DNA of 59,442 nucleotides, filler included, from Ionaspis alba (GCA_964255285.1; 2 parts of 2 records of this genome joined end to end with filler, not necessarily neighbours in it), one strand, 5' to 3'. Numbered from the whole stretch's first letter, positions 23,806-36,750 are shown. A program made the numbers and translations. The notes: generated by a model not told the origin, from the sequence alone.

Positions 23806-24822
23806 ATGGCGCCGCGCAAGGAAAAGATCGAGAAGACAAGTGCCGATCAAGGTTGTTGAGTGTCAGCTCCTTTAATGCTGAATTCTTACTCACCTGCATA
23901 TGATCGTAGGCAGCGCAATGATACTGGAATACCTTAGCAAGTTCCATCGATTGCGCCTGAAAACCATGGCTAACATGTTCAAATCGCAGAGAAGCAAAAG
24001 TTCGTGTCGCCTTATCGTCCATAGCCTGGCTCAAGAGGTTCCCTAACTGACAAGTCGTCTACAGCCGACCTTATTCAGTGAGCTTTTCCTCTCCACCCCT
24101 ATATGTCCGCCTTGGATTCGCGTTCAAAGCCCTTCCCTTCAGGCCATCGATATTTCCGCAAACCTCCATAATAAAGTGACCAAAACGAACACGGTCAAGG
24201 CCCTTAAGGAACTGCATGAGCAGAACCTGATAGCTGGGAAAGCTGCCGGTACAATCAAAACTCTCCTCTGAACTTCATAGTTCTCTAAATTCTTATCATC
24301 ACGACAGGTAAACAGATAGTTTACCACTCCCTCCAAGACCCCGCCGATACCGCCACTCCTGAAGACCTTGCCGCCATGGAAGCCGAGATCAGCACCCTCC
24401 GTGAGGACATCGCAGCAGCCAAAGCGGAAGAGAAGATCCTCAAAACCAACCTCATCACTCTCAATGCGGCCATGTCAACACGAGATCTCGAAGCTGGTAT
24501 CCTCTGCCTTGAGACGGAGAAGAAGGAACTCCTAGCTCGTCTTGGTCCCTTGAGATCAGGTGATGTTCAGCCTGTATCGCCGGAGGAGAAGATGGAAGTG
24601 AAGCGGGAATGGAAGATTTGGAGTCGTAATGCAAGTGTTAGGAAGGAGATCTGTTTGGAGGTCTGGGAGGTCGTGACGCAGGAGCTGCCAGAGGGGAAGA
24701 CGAAGGAGGAGCTCTGGGTATGTACGGATTCTCTTGTTGGGTGTTAGGACGGAGATACTAACTTGTTCTAGGAGGAACGAGGGTTGGAAGACGATGAGGA
24801 GAATGGAGTGCACGAAAGGTGA
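23806..24822 (+). CDS. HOP2: Meiotic homologous-pairing protein Hop2/TBPIP
   Basis: Exons 23806-23851, 23910-23936, 23990-23999, 24065-24077, 24143-24248, 24308-24717 and 24772-24822 give ILEYLKKQNRPYSAIDISANLHNKVTK...GKAAGKQIVY, a coiled coil and ELWEERGLE. Confidence 0.9.
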
Positions 24823-25517
24823 TCTGGATTTGGAAATCGAAACGTATGGCTCTATGTCGATTTCTAGGTATCATTTTCGCACAACTTCCCTGTCGCTACT
24901 CTACTATAACCTAGATGACGGGTCAAAGGTACGGCTATTGCTACAAGTCTAACCTGCGTGTCCATGGGATTTGTTCCTGCTGTGCTACAGCGAGGGTGCT
25001 CTCAAACCACGATCCCAATGCTAACATCATAGAGTGCGTGCCATACACGGTCCAGCTAGTGGTGGCCATGCTGAGAGAGACGCCCGAAAAGAGTAGATCA
25101 TCTGCCCACGACCTTTCGCCCGCGTGACGCATGTGTTCGTACTCGAAACGTCCAGAATCTGTGCTTGTATGCATAAAGATGACATCCCACTTGTAGACAA
25201 CGGTTTCATATTGATTATTGCAAAGAATAACGACTCCGTCCTTTGCATGAAGATTGAAGGACAAGGGAGGCCCAGTCGTTGGATGATTATTATAATTAGC
25301 GGAGAAACCAATTAATTTTAGGCTCCACCTCCCCACTTGCTTGACAAGGCTTTTGGGTTTCAGAACTTCTGACACTTACTATTCTTCGATCTCCATCTTT
25401 GTACGCCGCCGGCTACCGCGTCAATTCATTCACTCTCCGATTCCACTGGACACTCGTCCAAAGAGTCACTGAGAGCACTTTTCTCCACCAATACCCCTCT
25501 CATCACATCTTCCCAGC

Positions 25518-27595
25518 ATGGCAACCTACATGCCCTCCCACCAAGCCGCCCAATACCCCCACCAAGAGCTTCCAGCAAGCAGCCCACCAGAGCAGGCTAT
25601 GTTCCAGATCAACAGCGGTCCTCAGCGCAGCATTCTATCGCAGATGCCTAACGGGATGAGAAACCAGAATAGAATGTCGGGTGAGTACAGAGGCAGCGCC
25701 TTGCCGAACGGGAGCAAAGCCATACCAACCGGGCCGCAAGCGCATGGGCCCAATGGAGCGCGCAACTTTGGAGGACCAGGAGGCGGTGGAGGTTTCGATG
25801 GCCCAAGAAGTCCTCCGAATGCAAAGAGTATGTTCAAGCTGCCTTTTTGCATGAGGTCAGTACCAGATACTGAGATGCTCGAATCCAGATACCTCTCACG
25901 TGCCATGCAAGTTCTTCAGGATCGGTCAATGTCAGGCTGGGAAAGCTTGCCCATTTCTCCATACCACTGATACGTCAAAGTTCGAGACTCCTTGTAAATA
26001 CTTTGCAAAGGTACGACCACCAACCCGACTTGTGCCAAAGATGGGGGCTACTCTGGTATTCAGAAAGCATACAGCCGACTAACGGATGCTGTTAGGGAAA
26101 CTGCAAGTTCGGGCCCAAATGCGCACTCCTACATATCCTACCAAATGGAAGAATAGTCAACAGACCGAATGGTTCGATGGGTGGGCATCTGAACTTGGGG
26201 AATCGAGTGGATCCAATGGCATACCACCACCAAGAGTCTGTCCTAGGGAACTCGCTTCTAGCACAACAAGCCAACGGAAAGCCACCGCCTTTTGGTCATC
26301 AATTTCCCCCTCTACCCGATGTCGACCCTAGTATTCCATCTCCGATGCAGGCGCAACCTTTCGATACTCCTCAAGTATTCGATGCTGGATACACGTCGCA
26401 TCCGGACTCGAAATATGGCTCACCAAGAGATGATACTCGTCTACCTATGTCACCTATTATGCACCTAAGTACTCTCGATGCACCGTTACCAGCTTCTTTT
26501 GACAGTCAAGGAATATCCTACATGGCACGACATGGACCTGTTGCAGCTTCAGTACCATCGAAGTTTGGTCTCGACTCTCCGCCTTCATCGTTACCCAAGA
26601 AATCCCTTTTACCCTCAGATGCTTTGCGCCATTTACACGATTCTGCTTTCGGCCGTGAAACGCGCAGCAAAGCACCACACCTCAGCTCGTCTCCCGCAGG
26701 ACCTCCTGAAGAAGCTATTGGTCAACGTATAATGCATTCTCAACGAATAGCAAAGCCAAAGACGATGTCCGCGAGTCTTCCGAGAGCTCCACCTTCAGAT
26801 GACTGGGACGACGGGATTTTGTTTGGAGGAGAGGAGGATTATCTCCCCAGCAATCTCACACATCTTCTCAATGCCGAGGAAAAGACCCGTCGCTTCTCGG
26901 GCAAAGAGCATGATCCAAGCGGCATCCGAGAGAATCTGAGTGGCCACGGCACACCAGCTGAGCTTTCTAGCAAGTTTGGCTCTCCGAGCACGGCTAGTCC
27001 ATCACGCTTTTCGGCTTTGTTTAGCAAGCAGAAACGAGACGAAGAGGTTAGCGGCCTGACGCCTTCGAATTTTGGGCACGTTGGGTCACCCCTTCGCAAC
27101 TCCTCTCTGCATCTCGGTTCGAGTCCTAGTCTCCGGGCCGTCTCTCGACCGACTGGAGGCGAGTTTCCCCTCCACATCTCGAGTCCGCCAAGGCATGGTC
27201 CAACATCAATGCTATCCCAGCAGCTACAGCGAACCCGTCTGAGTGATGGGCCTTCGTCGTTGCACCCTGTTGGTACACGACAGACTTCAGCTTCGAGCAG
27301 TAAGCTCGACCGTGCGGTTTCCTCGTCCAGTGTCAATACCACACGGATTGATGAAGAACAACCGGAATGTGTCTTTTCGCTTGATGAGGACGATTACAAT
27401 GGAAACAAGCAGGGTAAGATGTGGAACCAGGCAAATGGAGCGCGATCACCGAACTTAGGACCCGTTGGTGGTGGACGTCAGATTTCGAATTCTCAGATTC
27501 CGACATCGCATACTCAGACTTCGGCGTCTAATACTAACATTCCCGCGTCCAAAGCTCCTTGGAGCGGCCTGACAACAAGTCAACGGCAAAAGTAG
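25518..27595 (+). CDS. Tandem CCCH zinc-finger protein (Cps3/Lee1-like)
   Basis: HVPCKFFRIGQCQAGKACPFLH and TPCKYFAK|GNCKFGPKCALLH, then a Ser/Pro-rich region with LDAPLPASFDSQGIS. Two introns. Confidence 0.85.
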
Positions 27596-28074
27596 CTGGC
27601 AATGTGTTGTTCACAAGAGGATGGAATGATACGGATTTCTTGTCGGCGCGCGTGTGCTGCATTATGCTGCTCGGCGCTGGTGGATTTTATGATGGTTATG
27701 GATCAACGACAAGATCTTCTGGGCTTGGAGCTTAAGATCACAACATTTAGCATGCAAAGGAGGACTTGGGGCGTTCTAAGTCTTATCTGATATGGCTTTG
27801 ACTCTTTACATCACTTCCATGTCACACGACTTTTGATATGTCTCGTGATCATAGTTCGAGGTCCTGAGACTAGCTTTTAGCTGAGGCACATTCAGTACAT
27901 AGGTCAGACGAACGACTACATGCTACTTCAACACCAGAGAACAAATTCATGACAAGACTTCAATCATGCATTTTCTTCAAACGAGACTCGCCTGGTTCCT
28001 AGCCAGCCTCTCGCAAACGCTTAGAGCCGCCGCCTCAGCTTTCACCAAAATAGGCGAATCACGCCAAGCCCGAA

Positions 28075-28085
28075 CCCAAGCTCCA
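28075..28085 (-). promoter_or_regulatory. GGAGCT-core putative proteasome promoter element upstream of RPN12
   Basis: TGGAGCTTGGG on the minus strand; the same 11-mer lies upstream of RPT5. Confidence 0.45.
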
Positions 28086-28166
28086 AGCTCTTCCACGACT
28101 TCTTCATCAATCAAACCACAACCACCTAACTCAGCACCCATTCATCCTCAATTTCCGCCCATAAAA

Positions 28167-29159
28167 ATGGCAACAGAGAACGACCTCACTCACCTCCTCC
28201 ACCAACTAACGACCACCCCTCCCACATCCCCTCAAACCAACACCCTCCTCACCAAAGCCAAACGCACTCTTCTCCACCTGAATGCCCTCCTCCCCACCCC
28301 CACAACATCCCCAAGCCTCCTATCTCTCGCTCGCTCCATCCTCGAAGAAGGCGCTCTTCTCTCTATCCGTGCCCAAAACCCCGACGCCTTCACACGATAT
28401 TACCAGCAACTACAACCCTTCTACGAGCTGCCCTCCTCCGCCTACCCATCCTCCTCTTCCAACTCCGAACAGAAGCACGATCGTACCACCAGCCGCAGTA
28501 AACATGACCACAGCCATACACACGGCCACAAGCACGCTCCGCACGGACACACCAGCCAAGAGAGTCGCCCGTCTCAGCGCAGCAAGATTACGGGATTGTA
28601 TCTCCTGCTGCTGTTGACGAAAGGCGATTACGCGGCTTTCCATACGGTGCTAGAGGGGCTGGAGAGCGAGGCGAAAGAGGGTCTGGATGGCAATCGCTAT
28701 GTCAGGTATCCGGTTATGCTCGAACAGTGGTTGATGGAGGGGGCGTATGATCGGGTGTGGGGAGCGACGAAGAGGGAGGGCGTGCCGAGTGAGGAGTTTG
28801 GAGTATTTTCCGAGGTATCTTTCATACCTTATCACTAACTACTGGTTGATACATGGCTCGTGGCTAATATATATCTGCAGGTCCTCATCCACACCATCCG
28901 CTCGGAAATCGCTTCGTGTTCGGAGAAAGCGTATCCCTCACTTCCGGTTACGAATGCGAAGAATCTGCTGTTTCTGGATAGTGAAGGGGCGGTTGTGGCG
29001 TTTGCGCAAGAGAGGGGATGGGTGGTAAAGGACGGGAGGATTTATTTCCCGGTGCAGCAGGCAGAGGGGGTGAGGAGTGAGAAGGATATTTTGGTGGCGA
29101 GTGGGCAGGTGATTGAGAATACGATTGGGTATGCGAGGGAGTTGGAGACGATTGTTTAA
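28167..29159 (+). CDS. RPN12: 26S proteasome lid subunit Rpn12
   Basis: LARSILEEGALLSI, FTRYYQQLQPFY, SKITGLYLLLLL..GDYAAFHTVLE, LEQWLMEGAYD, TIRSEIASCSEKAY, YARELETIV. Intron 28815-28880. Confidence 0.95.
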
Positions 29160-29524
29160 ATGGGGATGGGGTTGAGTGGGAAGGGAATGGGAGTGGACAA
29201 TATGGGAGGGCAGTGGAGGGAAGATGAGGCGACGGGCAAAAAGGAAGATTAGACTTGCTTCCAGGCATTTGGGACGGTGTTGAGGATAATAGCACCATGG
29301 ATTGGGGTACTTCGGGGTACTGAAATGCTCCAAAGACATTGTGCCATAGGACATCGTGACGTGAAAGAGGTTGGAGTGGTTCAACAGAGATTGCTAGCTA
29401 GCTCCTTTTCACGGCAAATTGGTATATCGCACCATCTACTCCATTCCATTCAAGATCCAGGACAAGCTCGTATAAAAATCGATCTTCAGCCCTTGGCCCC
29501 ATCTCTCCACTCCCATCAACTCCC

Positions 29525-29736
29525 TCACCAATCCAGCACCTCCCCAGACGAATACAAACTCGCCTTCAACCCCCACTCATTCCCTGTCCCGATCCCCAAA
29601 TGCGTCCAAGCATCACACTTAAACCAGATCTGGCTCCTCCCTCTCCCCCTCTCAACCAACCCCCTAGCCACCAATCCCTCCAAACACCTCTTGACCTCCC
29701 CTTTATCCGCAAAATCCCCTGCATAAACACAAACCA
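29525..29736 (-). CDS. DUF1917 (eIF4E-like fold) protein, C-terminal fragment truncated by the gap
   Basis: Minus frame VCVYAGDFADKGEVKRCLEGLVARGLV...IWFKCDAWTHLGIGTGNEWGLKASLYSSGEVLDW*, resembling the family C-terminus. Absent from the ORF track. Confidence 0.75.
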
Positions 29737-29836
29737 NNNNNNNNNNNNNNNNNNNNNNNNNNNNNNNNNNNNNNNNNNNNTTAATTAATTAANNNNNNNN
29801 NNNNNNNNNNNNNNNNNNNNNNNNNNNNNNNNNNNN
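29737..29836. other. Artificial contig linker: N44-TTAATTAATTAA-N44
   Basis: The 12-mer at 29781-29792 puts stop codons in all six frames and is centred in Ns, typical of concatenated contigs. Confidence 0.95.
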
Positions 29837-31239
29837 GTTACCTTCGACTTTGATGACGACCCAAAATACCCTTCTTGTCTATACTTGCACCCGGCACACA
29901 CTTATGATACGATTTGATTCTTTTTTACTTACTGCTCCTACTCGAGTCCGATAGAACGGCCTTTATTCGGCGGGCTTTTTACTTCGTCGACTACAGCGTG
30001 CTTCTTTGTCTTCTTCTCCACGGCGGGATCCAGATTCACCCAAAATTTGTACTTTGATTTTTCTTCACGACTGGGGCGCGACTGCTAGGGGAAAAGGGGG
30101 AATGTCATTCGGGATGGGGGAATCTTCGGTTGTGGGGAATTTTTTTTGTCGCATGCGCGCTTGCTTGATTCTTGCATTCGCTTCTTCAACCTTCGCTACA
30201 TTCGCTTGATGGCCTTGCAACGATCTGGCCTTGGCTAGTAAGAGGCTTGTGCTGGATTGAAGGGGCTATTTATGTGTGTGCGTTGTACACGTACTTAGCG
30301 AGGGGACATCTTGTCGGTCTTTTTCGGTAGAGCTTGGGTGGGTGGTGGTTGAGATCTTGCATGTCGGAAATCTTCTGTTGCCCGTTCGGGGCTGGGATAA
30401 AAGATTGAAGGGATGGCATTGTAGTTGTTGAGGGTGCAAACGGAATTCAGTGGTTTTGTAGGGCTCTGGATGGAGAGCATGGAGTTGAGATAGTAGATGT
30501 GGAGAGAAAATACCATTTTTGTGTACTCCACCATTCTTGTTCGATGTGCACGTGACTCATACTTGATTGTGCCTCTTTCGTCAGCGGAGTACCAAATCCT
30601 GGCCTGGCGAGTCTATTCATCAGATGAACCAGGAAGCGCTTTGGCGTCCAGCAGCTAGGCACACGAATTTCGAAATGATTGGAGCATTAGACAAGTTGTT
30701 TAGTGAAGTTATCTGCTAGAGTCCCTGAGGCGCATGGTCAGATCGTTGCCAAGCATAATCGGTGCAGCTAAGAAGGTGCCCCTGGGACTCCAGCCTGGGC
30801 TCAGCCAAAAATGCTGTCCACCCGCCACACCCTTATCATTCAGCGGCTCAGGGGGACCATTTGGATAGGCTTGGAGTATTTAGATCGCAAGTGTCCATGC
30901 AACTTTGACATCCCTCGTACCTGGAAGCCAATTATTACTAACCGCGTGCCTGATTACTGGTTCACAGATCAAAATAGCAGTCGGAAATACACTCGACTAA
31001 AACAACCGAAAGTTTTCATTTCATCTAGCGTACATGTTGGCCTTGTTCCGTGACGATCTCAAGGTCATGGTCATAAAAGGACAGCGGGAAACCGGAAGGC
31101 TACTGCGCAGGGGAAAGAAACCGAGATTTGTTGAGCAAAGGCTGAAGAGCTCGATACCGCCAGGAGAACCAAACGCACCTACGCAGGGTCGAATCTTACT
31201 GGTCTCAGAGACAGTGTTGATAGTCCTGTTTGGATCATC

Positions 31240-33916
31240 CTACTCCGGCATGACCTTCTTAATGTCCAGCACAAAAGATTCGATGATCTCTCTGTCGCCC
31301 TCCGTGACAAGTTGCAGCTCCCTCGGTACGACTTCCGTGAGCTTTTCTTTCTCTGGGTCGTACCGAAAGAGCCTTGCGGAGAGATTGACCGCAGCGATGC
31401 CAAACATCTGCTTGCAGGTGCTTTTGACAGCTCGTTTGCGCAGCTGATAAGAGGTCAACGATATGAGCAGAAGAACCGGTCGTCAGTGTAGCATACCTCA
31501 TCGTCTAGTTCAGAACGGGCCTTTTCCCATGTTGCAGCCAGATCTAATGTCCCCGTCGGTCGCTTGATCCTGACATAGCCGACCAAGTTTTCGTCGCGGT
31601 AAACGTTTTTCGTGATGAGAATCTCTCGCGTGTGTGGTGGCATGGAGATGGAATCGATGGAACAGGGTACAGTAACCTCATAGACACGAAGGAGAGCCAT
31701 CCATAACTGAAGTATGCGCCCTACGGATATCGCATCCCTCGGCCAGTCGCAGCGCCAGACGACCGAAGACCAATAATGACTTGGATCTGCCTCACCGTCC
31801 AATTCTGGAAGGGGCAAAAGTCCATCTTGGGTTGGTGAAGCTTCCTTCTCTGGAGCTTCGTTGTCAGGCTTTTGCCAGATAATTGGGACGGCGAAATTGT
31901 CGAAACAAAAGTATGAGATCAAACTTAGCCTGTCTACTTTCCCACAACAAGCCAGCCAATTTGTGGTGGTATAAGGAGGTATTGGTTTGGACGGTCTCTC
32001 TAAGAGGGCGTGATGACTCTGAAAGCCCGTGCTTTGGTCTTCAAGGACGAACTCTGCCTTGCTCAGATCCACTAGTACGACGTCAGCTCCAACGGACTAT
32101 ATCGGGTATATGCGAAATACCTGTGTTACATGCAGCCTTTACCGTCGTCGCAGCGACGACAGACTGGGATCGACCTTCTTCTGTCTTCATGCCATCGGCA
32201 GTAGCTTTCTGGTTGGAAGTAGGTGATACTAAAGCCCTAACGATAGCACCAGGAAGAATACGTAAATTCTGCAAACAATATGATCGAAACTTATGAGAAA
32301 CAAAAGCGCAGGCTTGGTATGTCTCATTGTCAACCACGGCAAGAATCATCTCGTATAGTTCGACTGGGAAGACTCCTTCTTGAATTTGTTCGGGTTTCAT
32401 GGTTTGACGAATAGCAGCCTCGAATACATGCACCATGGCAGAAAATGGTTCGAGGTTGGCCACGGGATCCGGACGACGTGGAGCAATATGGGGGTCCGGG
32501 CGTGGACCGCTATCTTCAAAATCCCTACTTTCGGTCTGATCCTGGGCAGAGGCTTCGCTCACGCATCCAGTGTCCTCGTCCTCATCGACTTCACTTCCCT
32601 CTCCATTATCGAAATTACTAAGTTCGAAAGCGTCATAACGGTCCAGAGGATTCTCAGTATAATGTATCGGAATCTGCAATAAGGGAAGAGTGCGAGTATG
32701 CTGTACATGGTTTCCAACGACACGGAGAGTGACTGCATGCTCAATTGAAATCAGAATGGCGTTGAACGCCTCTGACGGAGAACGCGTCAAGCGACCGAAA
32801 CACACCGCGCGCCTGATAGCTGCATCGACCCTTTCCTCGCGGGAGAGGTCGCTTTCTAGCGAGATTAGCACACCTAGAAACCAGTACCAGGTCTCATGCG
32901 GGGCAGATCCCGGTTCAACACCTTGCAGATGATAGCCTATAGCAAGATTCGACAACACAGTCGTATGGCCATAGGGATTGCTGTTGATGACGAGAGGGTG
33001 GCAATCAGGCTCGATGGTCCTCTTAAGGCGTCGCGTGTCCTCGAAACGAAGACCTCCTGTAAGCCCAGCGGCCAGTGAGACAATTCCAAAAGCAATCTCG
33101 CGAAAGGCAAAATCAGTAGTGGTAAGACTCTTCAGCACAAACGACATTTGTTCTTGGAGTGAACGTCTCAGGAAGACCCAAAGGTGGTCCAGAATTAGCG
33201 GACCGTGACGAAGCTTCTGTGGAAAACCTGACAGTCTCTTCGGGTTCACAATTTCCATCATGAGACCCTGCACCGAAGCAGAGGCGGCTATAGCTGTGGT
33301 GTCCAGCTTGACGGGGGTGAGAGCAGCCAGTGACTCTGGTGGAACCATGTGTGGGAGAACAAGGCGTCCGCCGGTACGGTCCAACGCTAGGCTCTCTATC
33401 CACACATCTCGAGGTATCCTGTTGAGCACGAAGTGAGCGGCGTTGTCTACGCTGAAGACTTCGTTATCAAGGTCGATGGTGTAGACCCATTCGATATAAA
33501 GATCATTAAAGGCAACGCGGTAGGAAGGGGCCATTTCTCCTTGCAATCGTTGATCAAGCTCTTTACAGTGCCGAGGCTCCAGATGATAAGGCGAGGGCTG
33601 GGTAGCCAATCCAGCGGAAGGAGGAGGTGGTAGAGCCTGAAACTCTGCAGAATCGATGCTCAGAACCCTTTCCTGAAGTATTCTATCCCATTCCGCAAGT
33701 TCTGCTCGCTTGGTTTGAAGCCATTCTTTGGTAATGTTAGCATTGCAGGCCACAAAGATTTACTCATCATCACCAAATACCCTTGTATTCCTCGGGATCC
33801 GTGGGAATAGTTGCGATGAGATCAGCACCTAAACCTTCCGGATAGCTGTCCCAATGATTGTATAAGGCATAGTAACGACCACGAAAGCGGTAGACACGGT
33901 AGCCTCTCGTACCCAT
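31240..33916 (-). CDS. Uncharacterised fungal protein with MGTRG...YNHWDSYP N-terminus and an internal F-box-like segment
   Basis: Exon 1 MGTRGYRVYRFRGRYYALYNHWDSYPEGLG, intron 33780..33726, then IEWVYTIDLDNEVFSVDN and FPVELYEMILAVVDNETYQACAFVSHKFRSYC. The 3' exon structure is approximate. Confidence 0.75.
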
Positions 33917-34294
33917 CTTGACCGGTGCTCTTGCAGCAAGAGTTCGTAAATTGGCGCAAGGTTGAGGTAGTCAGACAGCCGGCCTGCAGGAGTGAAGGAG
34001 GGAAACAGCTGTCAGGCTTACATGCAGCGCAAGATAAGCAGAATGAGATGCAGACCTTGTGCTTGAGTATGGAACTTGGCTTGGAGAAAGAAATAGTGTG
34101 ATGAAAGTGAGATCAAGATTGGACATTGGTGTAGGCACGTTATCAAGTTTATACAACTTGATCCCAGAAAAACAGCAAACAAACCCCTGCGTGGTTGCCT
34201 AGAGGTAAAATGAGAACTTGTCCAATAATGGAAGGCTTTACCATAGAGTTTTTGTCGCGTTACGGTGTTATTCAGAAATTTAATCCTTATATGG

Positions 34295-34305
34295 TGGAGC
34301 TTGGG
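34295..34305 (+). promoter_or_regulatory. GGAGCT-core putative proteasome promoter element upstream of RPT5
   Basis: TGGAGCTTGGG about 270 nt before the ATG; shared with RPN12. Confidence 0.45.
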
Positions 34306-34569
34306 GGTTTATCGCGTCACATCCCACGGCGTGTTCGCATCGTATGGACAAGGGTTACTAAGCGCGTCAAGCTTCTAGCCTTGGTGGACGAGCTCGTAAT
34401 TCAAGTTGCCTGAATACATCAACTAAGTGAATCTCAACTCTACTTAGCGCCACAACACTTCTACAAGCAGTCACACATCATCCTTGAAAACTTCACTTCG
34501 ATACGCCGCATACCCTGCAGCTTTCCATCGAACGAAGCCCTTTCCCAAATCCCTTCCACTACAGCCAAT

Positions 34570-36095
34570 ATGTCGACCCTTGAAGATCTAGATGACATGG
34601 AACGGGAGGAGAAGGACGACAAGAACAAGGATGGTGACAAGGATTCGAACAAGCGAAACCAGAATGGTGACGCTGAGATGAAGGATGCTGAGTCAAGTAA
34701 GAAAGAAGAAGAAAAGGAGGAGGATCTCATAGACACCGAAATTCTACACTCGAGTACCAGAGATATCATCATGCGGCGGAAATTGCTAGAAAACGACACA
34801 AGGATCATGAAGAGCGAGCACCAACGACTCACCCATGAGCGATCTGCAATGAAAGAGAAGATCAAGGACAACCTCGAAAAGATAGAGAACAACAGGTGAG
34901 CTGCCCTTTTCCCTTGCGCCATTCAACGTATGGCACCTAGCATTGTTGCACTGACAATCTAATACAGACAGCTACCCTATCTAGTTGGAAATGTTGTTGA
35001 GCTACTAGATCTCGATGTCGAGGCCGAAGCTGCAGAAGAAGGTGCAAACATAGATCTAGACGCAACCCGAGTTGGCAAGTCCGCAGTCATCAAAACCTCA
35101 ACCCGACAGACCATCTTCCTCCCTCTAATCGGCCTCGTCGACCATACCCAGCTCAAACCCAGCGATCTCATCGGCGTCAACAAAGACTCATATCTGGTCC
35201 TGGACACATTACCTGCAGAGTATGACAGTCGAGTCAAGGCCATGGAGGTGGACGAGAAGCCTACGGAGAAATACACAGATGTTGGAGGTCTCGATAAGCA
35301 AATAGAAGAGCTTGTTGAGGCTGTGGTCTGGCCTATGAAGGAGGCTGAACGGTTCAAGAAGATCGGCATCAAGGCACCTAAAGGTATCTATCATCTCAAA
35401 AATCTTACGTCTCTCTAGAGTTGATCTCACATCTCGCAGGTGCTCTCATGTATGGTCCTCCCGGCACTGGAAAGACCCTCCTAGCTCGTGCGTGCGCTGC
35501 TCAGACAGATGCCACCTTCCTCAAGCTCGCTGGTCCACAACTCGTGCAAATGTTCATCGGTGATGGCGCGAAGCTCGTTCGTGACTGCTTCGCCCTTGCT
35601 AAAGAAAAGGCACCGTCAATCATCTTCATCGACGAGCTCGACGCCATTGGCACCAAGCGTTTCGACAGCGAAAAGAGTGGTGATCGCGAAGTACAACGTA
35701 CCATGTTGGAGCTCCTCAATCAGCTTGACGGCTTTGCCTCGGATGACCGCGTCAAAGTGCTTGCTGCTACGAATCGTGTTGATGTCCTCGATCCTGCGCT
35801 CCTTCGCTCCGGTCGTTTAGACCGTAAGATCGAGTTCCCTCTGCCGAATGAGGAGGCCCGCGCACAGATTCTGAAGATCCATAGCCGGAAGATGACGGTT
35901 GATGAGGCGGTCAACTGGGCTGAGTTGGCTAGGAGTACGGACGAATTTGGCGGTGCTCAACTAAAGGCTGTATGTGTGGAGGCGGGCATGATTGCTTTAC
36001 GAAAGGGCCAGGTCAGGATTGGACACGAGCATTACGTGGATGCTATCAGCGAGGTGCAGGCGAAGAAGAGCAACACGGTCAATTTTTATGCTTAG
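34570..36095 (+). CDS. RPT5: 26S proteasome AAA ATPase Rpt5 (subunit 6A)
   Basis: [64 protein letters not shown]-terminal FYA. Two introns. Confidence 0.98.
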
Positions 36096-36750
36096 TTTGG
36101 AGGCTCTATGCTAGCATCCGAAATAGAAGAAGTTCTTTGGTGATCCACGGCGCTCTCTGAATATCAATACGTGGTCAATTTTCGTGTGAGACTCGTTGTA
36201 TCGGGGTGCCAAGTCTCGGTCCTTTTTCTCACAATCGACCGAGGATTCATTGCCTACCCTGATAAGTCAATGTTCTCAATACCTTACACCTTCACCGTTT
36301 CCTGATGACTCACGCTCCAATGCCCACTCAAGAGCATGCCGGCCACGTCTCACTCATAATACGATCATCCGAAGGAGCATCACATCAGGAAATAATTGAT
36401 AAAGATCAAAGCTAGCATACATAGCAACTCTACACCTTCGGGCGGAGTACAGAAGACAAGTCTTCCCAAGTACCAATCCTTAGGATTCCTACGTCCATCT
36501 GATCCCTTCAGAAAGGTTCGAGTATTGCAATCTTTGTACGCATGCACGAAAGCACCCTCTCTAGCCCTGTCATTCCACCACATTTTCCTTCGACTATTTC
36601 TCGTATGATCATGTCTTCATCTCTAATGCGCTCGAGGACGGCGGGGTTTCGGCAGGGTCTCAGTAGGGCCACGACGACAGACTCATTTCATGTAGGCGCC
36701 CCAGGCTCTGAATTCAGGTGAACAGTTCCTGTAGCGGGAGAAGAAAGACA

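Noticed and set aside
27966..28166. 67-aa N-terminal extension of Rpn12 in the ORF track
   Set aside because: Low-complexity and overlaps the putative promoter motif; the ATG at 28167 has good context (AAAATGG).
29781..29792. TTAATTAATTAA palindrome as a biological element
   Set aside because: Centred in N44/N44; an assembly spacer.
29837..30662. Possible gene or 5' half of DUF1917 after the linker
   Set aside because: No coherent exon chain or recognisable motifs.
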